From Phoronis australis (lineage: Eukaryota; Animalia; Phoronida): 64,000 nucleotides of DNA. The notes under the pieces are model-generated. The model ran no database searches. It saw only the letters and a list, made by a program, of their open reading frames with translations, and was not told the DNA's origin. The translations under genes and the position numbers were made by a program. The DNA is taken from positions 303,863 through 367,862 of the forward strand of contig NMRA01000227.1 in NCBI GenBank assembly GCA_002633005.1, given 5' to 3'. Of this stretch, positions 27,901-39,900 are shown piece after piece; position 1 is the stretch's first letter, and every line of letters begins with the position of its first letter.

Positions 27901-30900
27901 GCCCCACAGTGGGTGCTACAGTAGCCAAATCTGTGCATACCAGTCATCTATCTATATGGCAAACGTCATCAAGATCCGTCAAGCAGTTTGTCAAAAACTA
28001 AAATGGCCAACAGGGGATGCTATGGTAGCCAAATCTGTCCGAAAGTCGATTGGTGCTGGTGCATGCCAGCCGTCTATCTCTAAGCTAAATGTCATCATGA
28101 TCTATTAAGCGATTTCAAGACAATCGACCAACAAGAAATGACTTGAGCAGTTGAAAACTAACGGGGTACCAGTGACTGTAGTTAAATCCAGCGTCCAAAA
28201 ATTTTCTGGTGCCAGCACATTCTTGCAATATACTTCTATTTTGAATTTCATCGTGATCAGTGAAGCAGTTTTTGAGATAATCAACATACAAGGAATGGCT
28301 CGTTGAAAACAAAAGCGCCCAACATGGGTACCAAGGTTGCCAAATCCGCCCAAAAATTGACTGGTGCAGGCGCATCCTTGCTAAGTACCTCTATACCAAA
28401 TTTCATCATGATCCGCCAAGCGGTTTTTGAGATAATTGATGGACAAGAAATAATAATGACAGACGGATCGACCACAAAGTTTTTTGGGTGCATAAAATTT
28501 TCACGTGAGATCACAACTCATATCAGTTACCAGAAACTTGCTTTTCAAAGACACCTGTGAGCAATACTTTTGGCAGCCACCAGGTGTCTCTGTTCACCAT
28601 ATGTCTAATTTCAATAAGATTTTTTCAATTTCATGGATCTATGAATCTCAAACTGCTATGTCAAGTGAATATTGGAACTGGTCTATCTTACTCCACATAC
28701 TTTTTATTTAAAAATTTTCTTATATGTGTTAATACCAGTTTAGTGTTGCAGAAGTTTTCACTCTAATATGACTGCAGTTCAACATGTGCCTATAATCAAG
28801 TTGCCCATGACTTGATTAATGGCGTAGTGTACATATTGCACTCTGTACACTAGCAACATCGGCTTGTTTTTTGTTTTGGGATATGTTTGGGTATTTCCCA
28901 AGTGAATTTTTGGTGAGTTTTGATTTTATTTGAGATATGTTTGGCTGAAAATACCAACCTGTCAATATTTAAAGGTAAAAAAATACAACCCAATTTTAAT
29001 GCTATACGTCTTACAAGAATGACCGTAATTTAAGTTTTTTCTGAAGACTACCCATGAATTTTTATTTCAACTGCCGTCCCCCCTCCCATACGGATTTTGC
29101 TGGAACTATATCCAAAGTTTTGAAATTTCACCTTCAAACATTTATATCAAGTTAAATCTGGTTAACAAGCTATTGATACCATTGGCTTGCTATGAATGTA
29201 CCTTTCTTTTCTCTGAACTTTTACTAAAAAGTTATGTTCATGTGACCCAATTAATGACAGATTAGTTAACAATGAAAATCAACATGCTTCCTACTATCAG
29301 AAAATAGTCACTTTTACACAGATAATTTCTAAAGTTTGAGATAATTGGCACAAACTTGTCATGTAGTGAAATCAGTGTAGTTCATCTTAACTTGTCTGGC
29401 ATTCTGTTTACAGTAGTGGGCATTTCATAAAAATCCACTCATATAAATCCTTTCTAATGGCTGCTTAGAGATAGGTGAAGAGAATGCTAGTCGTAATGAA
29501 GATGAGAAGAAAACCATGTTACATACCTGCCATCTTCAGGCATAGACAGCACTTTTTTCTCAATGTCATCAATTTGAAGCAAAGTATCGTATATCTGAAG
29601 TAGGAAAAATACAGCAAAGTATCGTATATCTGAAGTAGGTAAAGTACAGCAAAGTATCGTATGTTTGAAGTAGGTAAAGTACAGCAAAGTAATCTGAAGT
29701 AGGAAAAATACAGCAAAATATCGTATATCTGAAGTAAGTAAAGTACAGGGAATCAAATTAACTTGTCAACACAAACGATGCTTTTTAAACTACTCATTAA
29801 AACAACCTGTATGGAGAAATAATTTCAAAGAACAAACAGGCCAAGAAGAATTTCAGAGAACAAATGCATTGTCACCGCAAATTGTTCTGTCATGTTTGTG
29901 CTGAACAGGAAGTACCATGGGAGGTACTCTAAAAATCAATTTGCTTATTGTGTATTTAGAGATTTAAAACATCAAATTATATTGTAATTTGAGTTAATAA
30001 AATCTACCACCGATTCACAAAACAGCAAAATGTGATCGGATTTTGTCGAGTTACAAATCCTGAAAATGACAATACGGTGTAACCAACCTTTTCAATATCA
30101 ATCAACAGTTGCCTACGCCTCCTTGTATCTTTCACACTGGTCTTGTCCTCATCTTCATTCACACAATTACTATGACCAACATCCAGTATCTGACGTGGCT
30201 TGTGAACACTGGAGGCTGTAAGCTTGCCGAGTGAACCCTCAAACTTCACTACAAGAGAAATACAAGCAGACAATTGTTTAACTTTGACCAGAGAGCTGAA
30301 GCCACAGTTAGGAACAGAAGGGCCAAATACAACATAAAGTTCCATACTAGCAATAAAGGAACAACTCAAACACGTTACAACTATTATTAAAATCTCGTTT
30401 CGGTCAGTCTATTCTCCGACGATCGTCAGGTGTTCCCGCGTTCTTAGAAGACCTGGCTTTCCTATTCTTACCTGGTGTGTATGATCTAGTCTCCACTTTA
30501 GCCATAGCAGGAAGTAATAACGATGACCTGGCTTTCCTATTCTTACCTGGTGTGTATGATCTAGTCTCCACTTTAGCCATAGCAGGTAGTAATAACTTGG
30601 GCTCATTACTACCATCACCTGGTTGGTCTCCTCCATTATGTTTCTCTTTGGCAAGCTTACGCATGCAGTACGTCTGAAAAGATGGGAAATTCCATGAAAA
30701 CTAACCGTGGAAAGTCCGTTTCATTGTAATGAAGCAATGACTTCATCATCGAGGTCACTCAGGAGGTCACTCAGGAGGTCACTCAGGATAGAGTTAAAAG
30801 TTGGTCAAAACAATAACTAACTTTTGCAGAATAACTTCAAACACTTATTATAGGAATACAGAATGAAATGTAAAAAGAGTAAGAAACTCAGGTATGGAAG

Positions 30901-33900
30901 TTTATTCTCTAGAAACCACAAATGTTTGAATGAGAACACACCAGTAAACAAACGTTTGAGTGAGGACACACCAGCAAACAACCATTTCAGGGGAAACAAA
31001 TGTTTGAGTGAGGATGTAGCAGTAAACATAATAAAGTTGAAAAAGCAGCATAAGTCAAACTTTTTTTTCTCTATTTTTCAAGTCAATCTCCAATACATTT
31101 TCATACAGTACCTGTAGACAATGCGTTACACAAGCACATCAACAAAGCATGTGATTGTAACGTGTTCCCAACCCTAAAAGTACAATGTTACATCTGATTG
31201 GTACAAGGCTTTATCCATGCTCACTTACTGTGTAATAATAGTCATCAATGTAGGGATTATCTGTGTGCAGTTGAATCAATTGTATCTTAATCACCCAGTC
31301 CTTCTCTTTTTGAGTCATCAGGCCTGCATATTCATCATGTCTTCTCTGGTCACCACCAGAGGGCTCATAGTGCCGCCGACCCTGCTGGTTCAGGTGATAG
31401 TGAGGGTTGTCGAGTCGTGACTGCTGATGATGAGGGGGAGGGTCAAAGTGACTGCAAAAGGAAACTCACAACGTGTGTAGACATACACATGTAACACTTA
31501 CAACAGCCTATATGTCGTCATACGTGGTAGGTCTTCATCATGTCATGTTACACACACGTCAGAGTGATCTTAGCTCCAAGATATATTGCAGCTACACAAG
31601 CACACAAACTGAGTAAACCAGTTCTCTAAGGCAGAACATACAGTCTAATTTTAATTGGCTTAGCATTTTGACAACGTTGAACTTACTTCATATGAGGAGG
31701 TCTTGAAGCCACCGCGGGTCTCTGGTGCATAGCTGGAGGGCGCCTCATGTCAGGTCTGTTGCCATGGTATGGTGAATGGCCAGAAAGTCTATCACAGGAA
31801 AAATAAAATTCAAATAAACTAGTTACAGCCTACAGTGTTACTACCCATCATAAAAATGAGCAAAAACTGAATAAATATGCACATGCCAAAATGGCAATAG
31901 GTTAGAAATTCTTGAATTATTCATAAAGTGGTGTATACCAAATGGCAGGCATATACAGCATGTAACAAGCGTATAAGTTTAATACAAGCCCAGCTTTAGA
32001 ACAGTAATACTACTGTAGCATTCAATGCATGGCACAAGATATGGAATCAATCAGCAACCTACAACGCCACAAACAGGACAAATCCTGAGATACCTGTGTT
32101 GACCCACTGGTGGCATCATACCACGGAACCTCATCTGGTTAGGAAACATGCCAGCAGGAGGCGGCTGTCCAAAGCGGTTGGGCATCATATGGACAGGCAT
32201 GTTAGCTGTAATGAGGAGTCATAGATGATAGCACATACACTTTGAACAGATCTGGTCATATTTGACACAGTATAGTATTCATGAGGAGGCAGTGCGACAA
32301 ATAGAGAACGGTCTCTTCAGGAGTGCACTCTCAGCATCATTGGATGACACTGCACTTTTGAGACAAGGATCTTGATCAGTTTACTCAATGTAAATGTGAC
32401 GATGAATCAGTGTATGCACCGAGACCACACTGTGACCACACTGTGACTACACTGTGACTACACTGTGACTACACTGTGACTACACTGTGACTACACTGTA
32501 TTCTTGAGACAAGGCTCTCTGTCCTCAATTTACTTAATGTTAATGTGAAAAAGTATGAAAGAAACATTCACAAAACACAAAGTAATGCCAAACATTCTCA
32601 CTGAAACATAATGACATGTCCCATCTAAAAGTATGAAAGAAACATTCACAAAACACAGAGTAATGCCAAACATTCTCACTGAAACATAATGACATGTCCC
32701 ATCTAAAAGTATGATAGCAACATTCACAAAACACAGAGTAATGCCAAACATTCTCACTGAAACATAATAACATGTCCCATCTAAAAGTATGATAGAAACA
32801 TTCACAAAACACAAAGTAATGCCAAACATTCTCACTGAAACTTAATGACATGTCCCATCTAAAAGTATGATAGAAACATTCACAAAACACAGAGTAATGC
32901 CAAACATTCTCACTGAAACATAATGACATGTCCCATCTAAAACTAGAAACCAGAGTTTCTTTTTCAAAGCAATAAAATTAAAAGAAAAGTGTGCATATCC
33001 ATGAAGCCATTCAGTTGCAGGTATTTCTTACCATTTGGGAGGAATTGAGGTGGCGACCCGCGGTCAGTCATTGGCCCTCTACTCATCACAGTGTGCATAC
33101 CGTGGGGAAGCTGAAAAATACTTTACCAAATATTGAGCCTTTCACAGCTTTTATGCAAAGAATTATGCTTACAATGCATGGTGTTTGATTAGGAAACAAA
33201 TAATAAAAAGGTCAAGGTCAGACACAGATGAACATGACAACTGATGATCTTCAAAACATACTTCTTGTAATCCAGTTATAAACCAAGGCAGACAGACTCA
33301 TATACAGGAGAACACAACTGCAATAATTTTGCTCTTGTGCAGACACAGATGAGCAATTGATAATCGTAAAATTTCAAGTTTAATAATATTGTTAAAGGGA
33401 TATTCTCAGCGGGAAGAGCAATTTTACAGAAAGTCAGTGGCATGGACTCAAACCAATTATCTCCACAGTAACATCTGAATACATTCCTACAGAGCCAAGT
33501 TCCATGCATTAAATATGTATCTAAATGGTCAGGACACGGGCCTTGATTTCAGCACATGTCTGGCATACAGCAGCAAGAATTGGTCATTTCTAATGAAATC
33601 ACAACAAAGTTTGTTGTATTACAACTCTTGTCAACTGCAATACGCCTCCAGTTCAACAATAACCTCAAAAGTGCTGTAAAAATAATATCCCTTTAACATG
33701 AAATGTTGAAAGAAATCTGTTCTACCCGAGGCAACCCCTGAGCAACGATGGCCGACTGAGGACTTCCTGTGACCATCCTCCGCTGGTGCTCCATGTCTTG
33801 GTTTGGGAAGCCCTGCGGCGACTTGCTGATCAAAATGTGCTTCAGCTCTTTCTCTATGGCCTCTACTGAGTGAGCACAGGACAGGCTTGTAGATGTTTGT

Positions 33901-36900
33901 TGAGAGGGAGGGGTGTGCTGCAATAGCCAGGTGAACATATGAGGCAAATAACCTCACTTTAATAACACAGTGGGTGCAAGTGAACAGGCTACATTTGTAG
34001 GTAAATTTCTTATACAACTAAAATATAGACCTGAAATAAGCTTTCTTAGTCTGCCTCGGACAATGCCTTATTTTCTTTCGTTTGGAAATTACACTGATAA
34101 ACATCTTTGACATAGAACTTCAAATAGTAAAACACTGAGCATGAGCAAACAATTTTTATTAATTCACTTCAAACAGTCAAAATAGTTAACTCCCATTTAT
34201 CATTATTCTGCACGTTTCAAAACCATTTTCAAAAATATAGGATTCTTAACTGGCTTCAAAATCACTCACTAATAACAATAAAGCTCATTTTACAAAATAA
34301 AATAAATGAAGCAGAAGGCTTAAGGTTTCTTATTTTATTAGTCAGCCCTGGCGCTTCCCCATTTCATTAGTCAGCCCTGGCGCTTCCCCATTTTATTAGT
34401 CAGCCCTGGCGCTTTCCCATTTTATTAGTCAGCCCTGGCGCTTCCCCATTTTATTAGTCAGCCCTAGCGCTTCCCCATTTTAGAAAATTCGTATCGAGGT
34501 CATTGCCTGGTCCCCGGCTGTATTAGTTTATGTGCATTCATTGTCGGATAACCAGGCAGAGATGAGGTACGAAAGGGGATTGAATGATTATGTTTAATGA
34601 GGGCACAATTCAAGAGCCCATTGTAAAATTTTTTTTTTCCGTTCGATCCACAAAAGGCGACAGGTGCCGTGTGACTTGTGCTTACTCTTTATTGCTAGTG
34701 ATCATTTTTACTAGCAATCATTTAACTTGCCATTCTTTTTACCAGTGATCATTTTTACTAGTGATTTTTGCGTGGTGGTGAAGATTTCCCCGTCACGAGT
34801 GGCTGGGCCAAAAAGGAGCAAGGTGGGCCACCCAGAAGTTTACATGAAGGTAAAATCCTGCATCATGACGAGTCATTCTCGCCACTCTAATGAGGACTCG
34901 CGGTCAGTAGTCATGAAAGGACATTATGTGTCATTTTGTCCTCTTGCCATGTACTATACTGGTCTCTGACTGGCTTTATGGGAACACATCTGCCAAATTC
35001 TATAAAGATCTTGTAAGGGATCCAGGAGATACAGCAGTGAACATCGAATGCCAAGACAGAAAAGACATATGCACGCACCACTATGCACACTTGGGTGCAC
35101 AAAATTACCATCAAGTTCAAAATGAGCTAAAATGAACCATAAGGAAGACTAAAACAGTTAAACTGCACATAACTCAACACAGAAAGCAACGTAGTAAATT
35201 TCATTAAATGAGACTAACATTTTACATACCAATCGGCACTGACAAAGGAGATACATCTAGGACAGAACAATCCGCACTGACAAAGGAGATACATCTAGGA
35301 CAGAACAATCCGCACTGACAAAGGAGATACATCTAGGACAGAACAATGCGCACTGACAAAGGAGATACATCTAGGACAGAACAATGCGCACTGACAAAGG
35401 AGATACATCTAGGACAGAACAATCCGCACTGACAAAGGAGATACATCTAGGACAGAAAACTTCAGCTTTATCCACACACACGAATCCAAAGTCATGAGAA
35501 ATATTTTGAAATATCAAAACGGCCATAACACTGTAATGAAGCAGCGAGAAAACTTATCACCTACATTCAACAACCCACCTTAACTGTATATAGCCATGCT
35601 CATCTCACCTGTTGTCGGGATGTTTGAAGCATCTTCAGTAGTCTCTGTCCACTGTGGTCAGGTGAGTTGACCACCGCCAACGGACGGGTAGGGGAGCCCC
35701 AGATATCCATTTTCCCCGGAGACACCTGGATAAAACAAGATCTATACAGTGTGGAACCCTTCTCCTTGAATAGTATTATACATCTACTGAGATAGAAACT
35801 TGACCTTGATTACCTCAATTTTCTTTTGTCTGGTGTATACTTAGCTTTAATGGTTCGAGTGACTGGTTCACTATATTATTCACCTCACTGCTCTGTTGCT
35901 TCACTTAACTGATGTTTTAATTTTAAAACAAATTGCCAGAAGCTGTATATCAACATGTATAGACAATAAAACAATTATTGTCAAAGCTCTTATTTGTTTC
36001 GTTTGCATAATGTGTACCATATCTGCATTTAGGCCAATACACGAAGATGAACCTACATCCGGGATTAGGCCCATGTGCCAAAATGTGAAACACTAGAATG
36101 AAGCTGAGGAGAAATTCATAAAAGTTTAAAGTTTACGTGTGTGAAACTGGTTTTATTCATTATAAAATAGTAGGTGTGACATAATCAGACAAATTAACCC
36201 TGTCTAATTATGAACTTTTCTTGATGAGTGAAAAGTTACATTTCAAGATAGCTGTGATGTGTCTCCAGTTTAACTGTAAGCATTAAAGGAAAACTATGAA
36301 GTCTGGAGTAACACAAAGGCAGCATGCTGCTATCACTATGAAGTCTGGACAAACACAAAGGCAGCATGCTGCTATCACTCCAGCTTAGATGCACGGGTGA
36401 AAAGGCGAAATGCTAGACAAACATTTTTTATTGTTTGTTCTTTTAATGATGTCATTCGGGGAACTACTACACACAAGGAGTATTTTTATAAAATACGAAA
36501 AATGCCTTTAGAAATTGTCCAGTAATCATTTTTGTACAGTTTTCAATGAACTCTGCACCAGAGGGCACTGCTGCTAAGTTATACTAAACATTTTTCTGCA
36601 AAAAAAAAACTTATTCAGATAGATACATGGCCCAAAATATTGTGGAAACAGGGTAACAAGAAACCTTTCAATACCAGTTGGACGACACGAGTTTGTTTCT
36701 TTTGATAAAAAAAGAAAACATGACAAACACTTTACTCAGACACTATTGTCAGAGGCAACAAAGAGCAAAATGTAACTCATCTTACCAGGTGCTCAGTGTC
36801 CAAGAACGCTGGTGGAGATGCGGGTCCAAACAGTTCATCTAGGTGGGTTGGAACCTTCTGAAAAGAAGAAGTGACTTGACGTGAATGAGAAGTCTTCATG

Positions 36901-39900
36901 CATTATACAAACAACATAGTTATAAGGCCCAAATGGATTCACCCCTGGAATCTACCTACAACCAGACTGAGAAATCCAAAAATCTTCAGGCATTATGCAA
37001 ACAACATAGTTATAAGTCCCATATGGACTCACCCCTGGAATCTGTCTACTCTCAGATTTAGTCATTCCTAATGACTCGCCATCATCTCCTTCTTCCACAA
37101 GTTGGGATATGCTGTGTTCCAAATCATCCTAAAATGAATAAGATGTGGAGTTCAGGAAATGCAAAAAATGACACGAGGGGGTGCCAAAGTAGATGGAACT
37201 GTCCGAAATTTAACGTCAGTAATACTTTTGTCAGTAGGAAAACACCTGCCAATTTTTTAATGATACTATGCGTAGTTTGGCGGATAGAGAAGCTGATGAC
37301 AAAAACTCGAAATAATAAAATTGGCCACAAAGTGTTGTGGAATATGTCTCATCTGTCCTCAAATTCGTATGACAGTAGAACAATGTAATCATCTACTTAT
37401 TAAATGCCAAATTTCAAGACATTCTATCCATGGGCTCCGAAGACACAGAGGTAAGCATAAAAAATTGTCCCAAAGTGCACAATGGTGGTCATATCTGCTG
37501 GAATTCATTGTCATCCGTTGTCACATTCATAGATAAACACTTGCCAAATTTCAAAAAATATCCTGTAAGGAGATGAGATACAGCTGGGGATGCAAAAACA
37601 AAACTGACACTAGGGGCACCACAGCAGTCAGACCCATCAAAAATCAATGTCAATCGTAGTCTTCTCAGCAAAAAAAAATCTGACAATTTCTAAGATCCTT
37701 GGAGCAGTTTGGTCACTACATCCAACCTGCAGTGATGTCAGCACGAGTTGTGAAAAATGAGGCCACGACAGGCAGCCTACCTCTTGATCCCTGTATTTGG
37801 GGTTAGACGTTGACTTGCTGGATTCATTGGCTGTCAGACGTTCATGCTCTTCTTCCCAGTCATCCACTACATAATGCAAGGTACACATTTAATGGTACTT
37901 AAAACAAACAACAATTAAAAGTAAAGACTGGTGCTGGGAAGTCCGATTCACTGTGATTTAAGAGCAAACTCATTTTTTGTTTCCCAAATAGGCTGGAGAA
38001 CAAGCCATACGGTAATGGTCTGGACCACTCAAGTGTGCATGTGAACAACAGTTTGTAAACAGAAGAGAGTGCAGATTCCTTTAATGTCATCCAGGAGAAT
38101 AGCTATGCTATATATCGATTGTATCTGGCATATCTACAATTAATATACAATACTTATGTCATCCAGGAGAATAGCTATGCTACATATTGATTGTATCTTG
38201 CATATTTACAATTAAAATACAATACCTATGTCATACGCAAATGTTTCACCACTGACCAGGTCAACATCCCTGTAATAAGCTGGTAGCCATTAAATATATT
38301 ACCTATGTCATCTCCAAATGTTTCATCATTCACCAGGTCGATATCCTCATCTTCATCCACTAAAGGATAGCCATTGTTATCAGTGTCATCCAACCTACCA
38401 TGGAGTTCCTTAACAAAATAGAATATGTTCAGTTAGCCCAATGATGTGAGAAACACAGTGATAAAAACAGAGAATACATGCATAGGTAGTGCCACATATA
38501 ATGGTCCTAGGGTTTGGTACAAAAGAGAAGCATAGAAATGTGCCCACAACTGCACTGCAAAAAGTATGCCTCTAGGGGTGTTTACTACCCATAAGTCACT
38601 ATAGACGGCACAGAGTACAACCAACTCATGCGACAATGTAGGGATATACTTAGCCACTCACCAAGTCCCAATGTGAGTAAAAACGGTGTTAGGCAAGTAG
38701 AAATTCACTTTTCGGTAGCTCAGGTGGCGAGCGAATTTTCGTAACGCAAAAGCACTCTATTGTTTCCCAGATGAAAACGAAGAAATTTTCTCCTCCCTGT
38801 GCTGTTTCTATCACGAATTTAAGGTTAAGTTTGGTCAGCGTGTCAATGCTCTGGCAGTAAAAAACATCGGCGCACTGCGCTCCTACCGAGACAGTATATG
38901 TTTACCGTTAAACGATTCGTCTAGACAAAAGGTCCTAGTGAGTGCAACGTGTGGTGGGTCCGGCAAAGGCGGACTGATCAGAAACCAAGACAAGAGCAAC
39001 GCGGAGCGTTGAAATGCACCCACAATTGCACCGCATACGGTATCCTTCTAGGGTTGTTTATTGGTACCATAAAGTGGCCAGTAGAGGGCATACTTTGCAA
39101 AATGGAAAGGCATGGTCATTGTCTCCTCAATAGGCTAGGGGCAAAATGTGAGTAATCTTCATAATACAAGCACATCCTATACACCAGTTGCTTAAAGCAC
39201 CACAGAAACATAGAATTAAAAACAAATTTACCAACATACGAGATTAGCACAGCATTAGAANNNNNNNNNNNNNNNNNNNNNNNNNNNNNNNNNNNNNNNN
39301 NNNNNNNNNNNNNNNNNNNNNNNNNNNNNNNNNNNNNNNNNNNNNNNNNNNNNNNNNNNNNNNNNNNNNNNNNNNNNNNNNNNNNNNNNNNNNNNNNNNN
39401 NNNNNNNNNNNNNNNNNNNNNNNNNNNNNNNNNNNNNNNNNNNNNNNNNNNNNNNNNNNNNNNNNNNNNNNNNNNNNNNNNNNNNNNNNNNNNNNNNNNN
39501 NNNNNNNNNNNNNNNNNNNNNNNNNNNNNNNNNNNNNNNNNNNNNNNNNNNNNNNNNNNNNNNNNNNNNNNNNNNNNNNNNNNNNNNNNNNNNNNNNNNN
39601 NNNNNNNNNNNNNNNNNNNNNNNNNNNNNNNNNNNNNNNNAGATACAAAGGTAAGCGTAAAAAACTAAAATTGCCACTAGGGGGCACACCGGTAGTCGGA
39701 TCCGTCCGAAAGTTGGCACATGCCGTCCCATTCATGAATGGAACATATGTGCCAAATTTCATGAACGTATGTCAAAGGGTTTTGGAGATAGAGCAGCGGA
39801 CGCCGGACGCCAGACGCCGGACGGACGCCGCCCGGACGGACGGACAGAGATGACGGCATAATGCGTCCACATATAAATATGTGGGCGCATAAAAAAGGGG

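Noticed and set aside
26113-35457. Regularly repeated 28-78 bp units as CRISPR arrays
   Set aside because: The units are head-to-tail with no unique spacers, the context is eukaryotic introns, and there are no cas genes.
37070-37080. GC-AG intron donor (GATG|GCGAGT) in PATL1 exon 4
   Set aside because: It would put the next exon out of frame. The frame reads on to a canonical GTGAGT donor at 37032.
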